From a virus (Duplodnaviria > Caudoviricetes), in IMG/VR virus record IMGVR_UViG_3300031853_000038, positions 601 through 64,600 of that record: a DNA stretch of 64,000 nt, one strand, 5' to 3'. The translations under genes and the position numbers were made by a program. Positions 21,510-30,155 of the stretch are shown here, in pieces. A model generated the notes under the pieces. The model saw only the letters and a program-made list of their open reading frames with translations, did no database searches and was not told the origin of the DNA. Each line of letters starts with the position of its first letter. Position 1 is the first letter of the stretch.

Positions 21510-22170
21510 CTGTCTTCCCTGCCTTTCTTATCCAATAAAATTCAGTTGAACTGTATGCTTTCGTCTTATCCCAAAAGAACCAAGCATATGCCTGTGTTCC
21601 ATTTAATTTCTTGGAAAAATCTCCACTTTTTGCACAGTTAATTCTATCAACATATTGATAAATTTTATTGGGTGGATTATATTTAAAAATTAAATCATAT
21701 CTTTTTTGACTTTCAACAAATTGGAGTCTATTAAACATTAAAACTCCTTTTTTAGCTATATCCAATGCGTGATTGACAAAAGGAATCGTTAAAGAAAAAG
21801 GTGGATTCATTACTATATAATCAATACCATCTTCATAAGGATAGTTTGTTGAACAAAAGTCATAAATTTCATCAGCTAAAATTACATCACCAAATTGGAG
21901 TTCAATTTTTGGGTGAGCGGCAATATCCGTTCCAACTATTCCTCCTTCAAAACCACTATCACGAATACCTTTTATCATATGACCACCGCCGGCGCAAGGT
22001 TCAAGAATGGTAATATTTTTAGTATCTTTTAAATTCCAAGGTTTTACTGTTAATATACCATTAGTTACTTCTTCGGGCGGTGTAGCATAATAATCTAAGG
22101 GTTCTCGCTCTTCATTATTTTTATTATATCCAGCGTAGCCGCCAGACTTATCATATTTTCCCATAAGCAA
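21502..22170 (-). CDS. Orphan N6-adenine/N4-cytosine DNA methyltransferase
   Basis: LDYYATP, LEPCAGGGH SAM-binding motif, NPPF catalytic motif; no partner REase nearby. Confidence 0.85.
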   Translation of the reverse strand: MLMGKYDKSGGYAGYNKNNEEREPLDYYATPPEEVTNGILTVKPWNLKDTKNITILEPCAGGGHMIKGIRDSGFEGGIVGTDIAAHPKIELQFGDVILADEIYDFCSTNYPYEDGIDYIVMNPPFSLTIPFVNHALDIAKKGVLMFNRLQFVESQKRYDLIFKYNPPNKIYQYVDRINCAKSGDFSKKLNGTQAYAWFFWDKTKAYSSTEFYWIRKAGKTDE

Positions 22171-22256
22171 CCTCCTATTTATTTCTATTTATATTATATC
22201 ACTTTTTTTCTAAAAAATCAATTTTTATTTGATTTTATAGACTCATCACGAACAGA

Positions 22257-22270
22257 TTTTACTTATAAGT
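22257..22270 (+). promoter_or_regulatory. Putative late promoter motif (TTACTTATA) at the start of the structural/lysis module
   Basis: The same ACTTATA core precedes four homing endonuclease ORFs (7391-7400 -, 11691-11700 -, 44995-45003 +, 55447-55455 +). Confidence 0.45.
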
Positions 22271-22296
22271 AAGGTGGGACGAGAGGTGAAACAAGA

Positions 22297-22473
22297 TTGT
22301 TTTATGTTTTGTCAGAAAAAAAACAAGGTTATCACGTACAAAAAGAATTTGTATGCGATAGCAAGGAAGATTTAGAAAAAATTAGCGATTGTTCTTTGGG
22401 AGATTTGGCTATTGTAGTTTATCCTGCAACGATTTATCTAAGAAATTCTAAAGAGCAATGGTTAGAATTATAA
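22297..22473 (+). CDS. Small tail-module protein (58 aa), paralog of 24562..24744
   Basis: Not in ORF track; TTG start after GAGGTG RBS; MFYVLSEKKQGYHVQKEFVCDSKEDLEKISDCSLGDLAIVVYPATIYLRNSKEQWLEL. Confidence 0.7.
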   Translation: MFYVLSEKKQGYHVQKEFVCDSKEDLEKISDCSLGDLAIVVYPATIYLRNSKEQWLEL

Positions 22474-22483
22474 GGTGATAAAA

Positions 22484-22807
22484 ATGAAAAAATTAAAAAG
22501 TTCAAAACTAAAAGAATATAGTAAACGCTGTATTGCGGCAATCATCACATTATGGTTTGTTGTAGCTCTTTTTGGTATAGGTTTTAATATATATCAACTA
22601 ACTCATACAACAACACCAGAAGCAATAAATTTAGATGCTCTTTATGGGTATGTTGGTTTACCAATGACTGGCGGAATAGTTGGTTATCTAGTTAAATCTG
22701 CTATGGAGAATAAAGAAAAAATTAAAGGTAATATTACTTCTAATGAGGAAATATTATCACAAGTTTATACTTCAGAGGAGGAAACAGATAATGGCAGCGA
22801 TCAATAA
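22484..22807 (+). CDS. Two-TM membrane protein (holin/antiholin-like)
   Basis: Two hydrophobic segments, basic N-terminus, acidic C-terminus. Confidence 0.5.
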   Translation: MKKLKSSKLKEYSKRCIAAIITLWFVVALFGIGFNIYQLTHTTTPEAINLDALYGYVGLPMTGGIVGYLVKSAMENKEKIKGNITSNEEILSQVYTSEEETDNGSDQ

Positions 22808-24260
22808 ACAGGATTTAATAAATTATTTAAAAAAGAGTCCAGAAAATATAAATTTTAATATTTTTGGAGCTATGTTAGATGATTTTAGGAATACCTATGA
22901 AACTGATGAACAGATTGTAGATAAAATAAAAAATATTATAACTAATATTATTGAAGATGGTGATAGTATTAGTCCTGAAGATGATACTATTACTGAATTG
23001 GTGGATTTAATTACGGAATTACTACCTGAAAAAATGATTATTAAACCAGAAGGAACTTTAGAAATAACTCAAAATGGTGAGTACGACGTTATGAATAAAG
23101 CTGGGGTTAATGTAAATGTAGTAGGAATTGTAAACCCCGCTCTTGTGTTATGGGATTGGGAGGGAACAAAACTTGCCGAATATTCTGCCGAGGACGCACT
23201 TGCTTTAACCGAGTTACCTGTACCCAATACACTTCCTGCTTATGCCGGTGTAGATCATGAATTATTGTTGTTTCAGAAATGGAACTGGTCGCTGGCAAAC
23301 ATTAAAACATGGATTCAAAATCATGAAGGTGAAACACGGGACGTTGGTGCGATTTATACCACTACAGATGGACAAGACCACAATTTTTGGGGAAACCCGA
23401 GACTTGATACAGCAACAACTATTGCCATGCAGAAACGTGGAACGACTGGTATTGGGGAAGGTGCATTTAATAACTGTTATTCTCTCACTCAGATCAATAT
23501 TCCTGATAGTGTGACAAGTATTGGGGGCAATGCATTTTATAACTGCTATTCTCTCACTCAGATAAATATTCCCGATAGTGTGACAAGTATTGGAAACAAT
23601 GCGTTTAATAACTGTTTTTCTCTCACTCAGATAAATATACCGGATAGCGTAACGAGTATTGGAGACGATGTGTTTCAGTACTGCTATTCTCTCACTCAGA
23701 TAAATATTCCCGATAATGTGACAAGTATTGGAAACTATGCATTTAATAGCTGCTATTCTCTCACTCAGATAAATATTCCCGATAGTGTGACAAGTATTGG
23801 AAACTATGCATTTAATGGCTGTTTTTCTCTCACTCAGATAAATATTCCCGATAATGTGACAAGTATTGGGACTGGTGTATTTAATAGCTGCTATTCTCTC
23901 ACTCAGATAAATATTCCCGATAGCGTAACGAGTATTGGAGACGATGTGTTTCAGTCCTGCTATTCTCTCACTCAGATAAATATTCCCGATAATGTGACAA
24001 GTATTGGAAACTATGCATTTAATGACTGCAGATGCCTAAATGACATTTTATTAGAATCAAAACCGACGCTTTCAAACACAAACGCATTTAATGGTCTACC
24101 TACAAATTACCGTATTTACGTTCCACGTTCCGATTTGTCGTGGTTTGAAACGGCGACCAACTGGTCAACGATTTACACGCAGAATCACATCGTAGCAATT
24201 GAAGACTATATTGAATATCTCGAATCTCTCGGTTTTAATGTTGATAAATATAAGGAGTAA
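22791..24260 (+). CDS. BspA-type (LRR_5) leucine-rich repeat protein; putative receptor-binding/adhesin
   Basis: Tandem 23-aa CYSLTQINIPDSVTSIGxxxFxx repeats; RBS GAGGAGG before ATG 22791. Confidence 0.9.
   Translation: MAAINKQDLINYLKKSPENINFNIFGAMLDDFRNTYETDEQIVDKIKNIITNIIEDGDSISPEDDTITELVDLITELLPEKMIIKPEGTLEITQNGEYDVMNKAGVNVNVVGIVNPALVLWDWEGTKLAEYSAEDALALTELPVPNTLPAYAGVDHELLLFQKWNWSLANIKTWIQNHEGETRDVGAIYTTTDGQDHNFWGNPRLDTATTIAMQKRGTTGIGEGAFNNCYSLTQINIPDSVTSIGGNAFYNCYSLTQINIPDSVTSIGNNAFNNCFSLTQINIPDSVTSIGDDVFQYCYSLTQINIPDNVTSIGNYAFNSCYSLTQINIPDSVTSIGNYAFNGCFSLTQINIPDNVTSIGTGVFNSCYSLTQINIPDSVTSIGDDVFQSCYSLTQINIPDNVTSIGNYAFNDCRCLNDILLESKPTLSNTNAFNGLPTNYRIYVPRSDLSWFETATNWSTIYTQNHIVAIEDYIEYLESLGFNVDKYKE
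23475..24026 (+). repeat. Eight tandem 69-bp coding repeats (LRR units)
   Basis: Near-identical tg(c/t)t(a/t)ttctctcactcagat...gat(a)gtgtgacaagtattgg core with a short variable block in each unit. Confidence 0.95.
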
Positions 24261-24303
24261 TATTATGATTATACTCCATCTAATAATTAAGGAGGCTAAA
24301 TAA

Positions 24304-24531
24304 ATGAAAATAAATTGGAAAGAAAAACTTTCTTCTCGTAAATTTTGGGCTTTAGTGGCAGCACTTGTATTATCTGTTTTAGTCTTTTTTAATGCAAGCG
24401 ACAATACTGCCACTCAAGTAGGCTCAATTATAACTGCCTTTGGTAGCGTATGTGTTTATACTCTTGCAGAGGCTAGTGTAGACAAAAAACGGTTAGAAGA
24501 AAATTCAGAAACTTATTATGAAGAAGAATAA
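24304..24531 (+). CDS. Holin
   Basis: MKINWKEKLSSRKFWALVAAL..., two TM helices, typical Firmicutes phage holin N-terminus. Confidence 0.75.
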   Translation: MKINWKEKLSSRKFWALVAALVLSVLVFFNASDNTATQVGSIITAFGSVCVYTLAEASVDKKRLEENSETYYEEE

Positions 24532-24561
24532 TACAAAATATATATAAAGGAGGAATTATAT

Positions 24562-24744
24562 ATGCAATTAATACAAAAAGGAAATACTCCTAATACTCCA
24601 ATTGAAACTTGGATTTGTGATACAGAGCAAGAAGTTAGTTCAATTCCTTCTAAAGCACCAATCGGCTCAATAGCAATCGTTTTAACAGATAATGGTATGA
24701 TTATTAAGATGAAAAATAATGTTGGCGATTGGGTTGAGCTGTAA
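24562..24744 (+). CDS. Small tail-module protein (60 aa), paralog of 22297..22473
   Basis: Shared xxCDxxxxxxxI...G.lAiV...N..G.W.EL pattern; directly precedes DGR target 1. Confidence 0.65.
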   Translation: MQLIQKGNTPNTPIETWICDTEQEVSSIPSKAPIGSIAIVLTDNGMIIKMKNNVGDWVEL

Positions 24745-24756
24745 GGTGGTGAGATT

Positions 24757-26775
24757 ATGGATGTATCAACTCTTGCAGTTGCATTAGGATATACTAAAAA
24801 ACAGGTAGAGCAAGCAAAAAGAGAAGGATTTAGAGTTCAAATAGAACAAGATAGAAGTATATTAGAGACTACTGGTGAAGAGAAAATCTTTTATTTTCTA
24901 CCTAAAAATCCACAAAAAACTAAAGATGGATATGATGAATTTGTTTATACAAATAATAATTGGGAGCAGGTAGGAGTAACCGATATAGATTTAACCGACT
25001 ATGCTCAAAAAACATGGGTAAATGATAAATTTATAGAGAATGAAGAAATTTTTATTGGTGACGACGCCCCAGAGGGAAAACAAGTTCTTTGGATAGATGA
25101 AGATGCTGATAATATTAGATATGGTGCGGCATTAGATGTTACAGATTCTATATTAAGTTTAATAGATCAGAATGGTACTCTATTAAGTCAAGTAGATATA
25201 AGTGGTAGAATGGATATAGATGGTGGCACTGTAACTATTGATTATAATAGTTTTACATATGATGGTACAGCAAAAGAGCCTATTGTTACTAGTGTTGTAT
25301 TAGATAGTACTACATTAGTTTATGAAGAAGATTATACTATAAGTAGTTATTCTGCTACAAACGCTGGAAGTTATTCTTTAAAAATTTATGGAATTAATGA
25401 TTATAAAGGTATGATAGAAGTTAATTGGACAATAACTAAAGCTAATCCAACAATTACTGGACCATCAACTATAACCGTTGATACATTAAATGAAACAAAA
25501 GAAGTAGCTTTTACTTCTAATAGTGGCGGTTATTTTAGTTTTAGTGTTGAAAATACTTCTTTAGCTACAGTTTCAAACAATAGTGGTACTGTTTCTATAA
25601 CTTCTGTTGCAAAAGGAGAAACAAATCTTATTGTAAATGTAGCTGAAACTTTAAATTATAACTCCAAACAAGTACTAATTCCTTTAACAATTTTAGATGG
25701 TATGTGTTTCGGAGTAATCTGGAATTATGGCGATAGCTCTCCAGTATTAACTCGTCTTACTAGAGAAAATGATCCTAATCATATAGTAACTCATAGCCCA
25801 ACGATTGAACCAACCGCTTGTATTGGAACTACCGCTGGTCAGTCTTGGTTTGATGATTATATGCCTTGGGCTGGGATGGTTAGAAAAAATTATGTTGACG
25901 GACAAATAGTTAACTTCGTAGATTATTCAAATGGAGAAACTTACGTATACATACCACAATTTTGGAGTAAAATTATAAATAATACAGAAGAAAGTAAGAT
26001 GTATATTTATATATCTGCTGTTCAAGACTCTAGACTTACATTACACCCTGGTAGTGGAAAATATATGAGTCGTTATGAATGTAATAGTAACTTTTTATCT
26101 GCACCAGGCACTGCTCCAAAAGTTAATACTAACTTAGGTGGATTTAGAACTGGTATTACTGCAATTGACAATAAGCATTATCAGTATGATATACATACTT
26201 ATGCAGCTTTAGAACTATTATATATAGTAGAATTTGCACATTTAAATACACAAAGTAAAATTGGTGCAGGTATTACCTCTGGTGGTGCAGCTTTAACTAT
26301 TGGCGAAACGGATATTCTTACTTATCATACTGGTAGAGTGGATGGAACTGCTGATAATGTAAGTGCTGTACAATATAGATGGATAGAAAACTTATGGGGT
26401 AATGTATGGAATTGGGTTGATGGAATATTAATACAAGATGGATTAGTTTATATTTGTAATGATAGAGCAAATTATGCTAGTTCAATAACAAATGATTATG
26501 AGAGTACTGGTTTATATACACCAACTAATAGTAACTGGCATAAAACCGACCAAGATTATAATAATTGTTATTTAATTCCACTAACCACTGGTAGTTCTGA
26601 TTCTACTTACACTTGCGACTACTATTATTATGGCTCCGGGCTTCGTGGCTTGCATGTTGGTGGCAGCTATGGTAGCGGCTCTAATGCGGGCTTGTTCTCT
26701 TGGTTTGGTTACTATGCTCCAGGCGTTACCTTTGCTTATGTCGGTGGGCGCGCTGTGTTAGTAGATAACGAATAA
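24757..26775 (+). CDS. DGR target protein 1 (Ig-like domains + C-terminal C-type-lectin-like domain with VR); probable tail receptor-binding protein
   Basis: ENLWGNVWNWVDG CLec-type motif; VR at the extreme C-terminus. Confidence 0.9.
   Translation: MDVSTLAVALGYTKKQVEQAKREGFRVQIEQDRSILETTGEEKIFYFLPKNPQKTKDGYDEFVYTNNNWEQVGVTDIDLTDYAQKTWVNDKFIENEEIFIGDDAPEGKQVLWIDEDADNIRYGAALDVTDSILSLIDQNGTLLSQVDISGRMDIDGGTVTIDYNSFTYDGTAKEPIVTSVVLDSTTLVYEEDYTISSYSATNAGSYSLKIYGINDYKGMIEVNWTITKANPTITGPSTITVDTLNETKEVAFTSNSGGYFSFSVENTSLATVSNNSGTVSITSVAKGETNLIVNVAETLNYNSKQVLIPLTILDGMCFGVIWNYGDSSPVLTRLTRENDPNHIVTHSPTIEPTACIGTTAGQSWFDDYMPWAGMVRKNYVDGQIVNFVDYSNGETYVYIPQFWSKIINNTEESKMYIYISAVQDSRLTLHPGSGKYMSRYECNSNFLSAPGTAPKVNTNLGGFRTGITAIDNKHYQYDIHTYAALELLYIVEFAHLNTQSKIGAGITSGGAALTIGETDILTYHTGRVDGTADNVSAVQYRWIENLWGNVWNWVDGILIQDGLVYICNDRANYASSITNDYESTGLYTPTNSNWHKTDQDYNNCYLIPLTTGSSDSTYTCDYYYYGSGLRGLHVGGSYGSGSNAGLFSWFGYYAPGVTFAYVGGRAVLVDNE
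26629..26760 (+). repeat. DGR variable repeat VR1
   Basis: 132 nt; 24 mismatches to TR, all at TR adenines. Confidence 0.97.
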
Positions 26776-26789
26776 TTTAATTTTGTTTT

Positions 26790-26810
26790 TAAGCACTTAA
26801 TCTCAGTGCT
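26790..26810 (+). other. Hairpin downstream of VR1 (DGR target-recognition hairpin candidate)
   Basis: AAGCACT-taatctc-AGTGCTT about 30 nt after the IMH region. Confidence 0.45.
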
Positions 26811-26839
26811 TTATATATAAAGGTTCTTTTATAGGTAAT

Positions 26840-26971
26840 TATAGCTCCGGGCTTCGTAGCTTGAATGTTGGTAGCAACTATAGTAACAGCTCTAATGCAG
26901 GATTGTTCTATTGGAATGGTAACAATGATCCAGGCAATACCAATGCTAATATCGGTGAGCACGCTGTGTTA
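26840..26971 (+). repeat. DGR template repeat (TR)
   Basis: AAC/AAT/AGC-rich copy of both VRs, immediately upstream of the RT; ends GCTGTGTTA then diverges (IMH* ATTT versus IMH GTAG). Confidence 0.97.
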
Positions 26972-27107
26972 ATTTATTCGCGCATACTTATCTATATTAG
27001 AGCCGTACCTCTTGGTAAAAACTGCGGTCGCGACGGAATTAGTGTAGGTTTTTAGAAATTCGAAAGTTCTAGACTGCCTTTGAGATTAACACATTCAGGA
27101 GGTAAGT

Positions 27108-28187
27108 ATGTCTAAGAAAATTGGATATATTTATAATAAGATGCTTACTAAAGAAGCTATTGAAAGTGCTTTAATACGAGCATCTAAACATAAAAAGAAA
27201 AGACGACAAGTGCGTAAGGCATTAGAAAATAAAGAACAAACTATTAAAGATATACAGAAAATTTTATTAGATGAAAGTTTTGTTCCACAAGCGCCTTTTG
27301 AAAAAACCATTTGGGATACTTCTAGTGGAAAAGAAAGACACGTAGCTTATGTACGTTTCTTCCCAGATGCAATAATACACACACTTATCGTAGAAAGATT
27401 AGAAGAAATTTTTAGCCCGCGGTTTGATCCTCATAGTTGCTCTGCCATTCCTAAACGAGGTGGTGCCGCGGCAAAGAAATATGTAGAGAAAGCAATACAA
27501 GAAGATCCAGAACATACAAAATATTGTTTAAAACTAGATATTTCAAAATACTTCCAAAGTATTGATAAAGATGTATTGATGAAACAATTACATCACATTA
27601 TAAAAGACAAACGTTTTTTAAAAATATGTAGTGATATTATTAACAGTTATATAGAAAATCCAGAACAACCCGAAAAAGGAATAGCTATTGGCTTCTTTCC
27701 ATCTCAATGGTTTGGGAATTCTTATTTAACTGATTTAGATAGATATATTCGTACTTTAAAAGGAGTACATTATTATTGCAGATATATGGATGATATGGTT
27801 TTATTTAGTGACAATAAAGAAGATTTACATCAAGCTAAAGAATTAATAGAAAATTTTTTGAATAGTTTTTTAAAACTAAAATTAAAATCAAATTATCAAC
27901 TTTTTCCAATAGATAAAAGACCACTGGATTTTGTTGGTTATATATTTTATAGAGAATATATTATTTTACGTCGGAAAACCGCAAATAAAACAATAAAACA
28001 AAGTAGACGCATTTATAAAATGCAAAAAAATAATAATCCTATTGACTTCCATAACGCTAGTGGATTTTTATCTCGTTCTGGACAGTGTAAACATTTTAAT
28101 AGTAGATTATTTAGTAAACGTTATGTTAATAATATAAATTTAGAAAATTTAAAAGGAGTGGTAAAAAATGAAGGCTTGCGCAAATGA
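27108..28187 (+). CDS. DGR reverse transcriptase
   Basis: KLDISKYFQSID, GIAIGFFPSQWFGNSYL (DGR-type SQ), YMDD, LDFVGY; no maturase/endonuclease domain. Confidence 0.97.
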   Translation: MSKKIGYIYNKMLTKEAIESALIRASKHKKKRRQVRKALENKEQTIKDIQKILLDESFVPQAPFEKTIWDTSSGKERHVAYVRFFPDAIIHTLIVERLEEIFSPRFDPHSCSAIPKRGGAAAKKYVEKAIQEDPEHTKYCLKLDISKYFQSIDKDVLMKQLHHIIKDKRFLKICSDIINSYIENPEQPEKGIAIGFFPSQWFGNSYLTDLDRYIRTLKGVHYYCRYMDDMVLFSDNKEDLHQAKELIENFLNSFLKLKLKSNYQLFPIDKRPLDFVGYIFYREYIILRRKTANKTIKQSRRIYKMQKNNNPIDFHNASGFLSRSGQCKHFNSRLFSKRYVNNINLENLKGVVKNEGLRK

Positions 28188-28482
28188 TAAACCAAATGTT
28201 TTTACTTTTGAAAAATATCCTCGCGGTGGATATATATTATGGTTAAGAGAAAATTTTCATAAAATTGAAAAAGAAGAGCCAGATTCTCAAGATAGCTGGA
28301 TTTATGATGAATATACAATTTTAATACCACAATATTTAACTAATAATTTTATTGAACAACATTTTGAAGAATATTTAGAAAACGCAAGAAGAGAAGAAGC
28401 TTCAAATCCAATTGATAGATTAAGCTCCGCCGAAGATGCAATTCAAGATATTCTTGAAATATTAGCTGAAATAACTGGTTAA
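28168..28482 (+). CDS. Small acidic protein, likely tail-fibre-associated; not Avd-like
   Basis: Overlaps the RT stop; LRENF...WIYDEY pattern and C-terminal coiled segment. Confidence 0.55.
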   Translation: MKACANDKPNVFTFEKYPRGGYILWLRENFHKIEKEEPDSQDSWIYDEYTILIPQYLTNNFIEQHFEEYLENARREEASNPIDRLSSAEDAIQDILEILAEITG

Positions 28483-28494
28483 GGTGGTGTTAAA

Positions 28495-29985
28495 ATGCCA
28501 AGAATTAAATATAAAAATAGTCAAGGAAGTTGGGTAGATCTTGGTTTTACTGCTGGAAAAGATGGAAAAAGCGTAATAAGCGCTGAAATTAATGACGGCG
28601 GAGAATTAATACTTACATTAACAGATGGAAGTACAATTAATGCCGGAATAGTTAGAAATAATACTACAAATATTAAAGGTGGAACTTTAATTTTAGATTA
28701 TAGTGAATTTGATTATGATGGAACCAGTAAATTTCCTACAGTAGTTTCTTTTACTGTGCAAGGAAAAACTTTAGTTCAAAATGAGGATTTTTTAATTATT
28801 GGTCAGCCGCAATCTAATATAGGTGAGTATAGTTTTGTAATTTATGGTATTAATAAATACGGCGGTTCACTTGAGATTGAATGGTCTATAGTACAACCAA
28901 GTTTTACCTGTTTTGGAGTAGTTTGGAATTATGGAACTTCTTCTCCTGCATTAGTTAGGCTAACAGCTGAAAGTGACCCTAATGGATATGTTACAAATAG
29001 TCCAAATACAGAGCCAACCGCTTGTATTGGTAGTACCGAAGGCTCCTCTGTTTTTGACGGATATATGCCCTGGGCTGGTATAGAGAGAAAAAACTATACA
29101 AATGAGGGGCTAGTTGATTTTACTGGATATGATAACGGAGAAACTTATGTTTATATCCCTAAATTTTATTCTAAAATTGTAAATGATACGGAAAAAAGTA
29201 AAATGTATTTTTATATTGCCTCTAATCCTGTTCAAGGATTTACGTTACATAAAGGCAGCGGACGATACGTAGCTCGTTATCAGTGTAATAACGAATTTAA
29301 GTCGGCCCCTGGTACAAACCCAAAGGTCAACACAAATTTAACCAGTTTTAGAAATGGAATTACCGCGATTGATAACTATCATTTTCAATATGATATACAT
29401 ACTTATAATGCTTTACAGTTATTATATATTGTAGAATGGGCAAATCTAAATACTCAAAGTATGATTGGTGCTGGTATTACTTCTGGTTCAGTACAAACAT
29501 TAGGACAAACCGATATTCTAACTTATCATACTGGTAGAGTTAGTGGTACAGATAATGTTAGCGCTGTACAGTATAGATGGATTGAAAATCCTTGGGGTAA
29601 TGTATGGGATTGGATTGATGGTATTCTAATTCAAGATGGTAAAGTTTATATTTGTAATGATGAAACATTATATGCTAGTTCTATTACAAATAGTTATAAC
29701 GATACCGGTATAGTAACACCAACAAGTGGCTCTGGTTGGCTTAAAACCGAAAGTGATTATAATAACCAATATATTTTTCCAAAAACTGTCGGTGGTTCTG
29801 ATTCCACATATTTATGTGATAATTCATGGTTTAGCTCCGGGCTTCGTGGCTTGTTTGTTGGTGGCGGCTTTAGTAACGGCTCTTATGCGGGCTTGTTCTA
29901 TTGGAATGGTAGCGCTGATCCGGGCGATGCCTATGCTGCTATCGGTGGGCGCGCTGTGTTAGTAGGTTTAGAGGAAAATAATTAA
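28495..29985 (+). CDS. DGR target protein 2 (Ig-like + CLec-like domain with VR)
   Basis: C-terminal ~350 aa clearly paralogous to target 1 (CFGVVWNYG...ENPWGNVWDWIDG); VR at C-terminus. Confidence 0.9.
   Translation: MPRIKYKNSQGSWVDLGFTAGKDGKSVISAEINDGGELILTLTDGSTINAGIVRNNTTNIKGGTLILDYSEFDYDGTSKFPTVVSFTVQGKTLVQNEDFLIIGQPQSNIGEYSFVIYGINKYGGSLEIEWSIVQPSFTCFGVVWNYGTSSPALVRLTAESDPNGYVTNSPNTEPTACIGSTEGSSVFDGYMPWAGIERKNYTNEGLVDFTGYDNGETYVYIPKFYSKIVNDTEKSKMYFYIASNPVQGFTLHKGSGRYVARYQCNNEFKSAPGTNPKVNTNLTSFRNGITAIDNYHFQYDIHTYNALQLLYIVEWANLNTQSMIGAGITSGSVQTLGQTDILTYHTGRVSGTDNVSAVQYRWIENPWGNVWDWIDGILIQDGKVYICNDETLYASSITNSYNDTGIVTPTSGSGWLKTESDYNNQYIFPKTVGGSDSTYLCDNSWFSSGLRGLFVGGGFSNGSYAGLFYWNGSADPGDAYAAIGGRAVLVGLEENN
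29830..29961 (+). repeat. DGR variable repeat VR2
   Basis: 132 nt; 23 mismatches to TR, all at TR adenines. Confidence 0.97.
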
Positions 29986-30003
29986 TTAAGATAAGGTGAT
30001 TAT

Positions 30004-30111
30004 ATGATTAATTTTTATGTAAATAGAATAAAGCAAGGAAAGATGACTCTTGAAGAAGTGCCAGAAAAATGGCGTGAACAAGTAAGAGAAAAATTAGAAA
30101 ATATAGATTAA
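30004..30111 (+). CDS. XkdX/CD1375-like small tail protein (35 aa)
   Basis: MINFYVNRIKQGKMTLEEVPEKWREQVREKLENID; RBS AAGGTG; below the ORF-track size cutoff. Confidence 0.7.
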   Translation: MINFYVNRIKQGKMTLEEVPEKWREQVREKLENID

Positions 30112-30155
30112 TAATATAAATAGTATTATATAAAATATTTAAGGGAGGCGTTATT

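Noticed and set aside
23475-24026. CRISPR array
   Set aside because: Repeats are in-frame 69-bp coding units with only short variable blocks, not repeat-spacer units; no cas genes.
27108-28187. Group II intron, retron or Abi reverse transcriptase
   Set aside because: Adjacent TR/VR pairs with strictly adenine-specific mismatches and the SQ motif identify a DGR; no intron domain V or msr-msd seen.
28168-28482. Avd accessory protein
   Set aside because: Acidic and beta/loop-rich with Trp/Tyr motifs, unlike the basic four-helix Avd; it lies downstream of the RT next to a tail gene.
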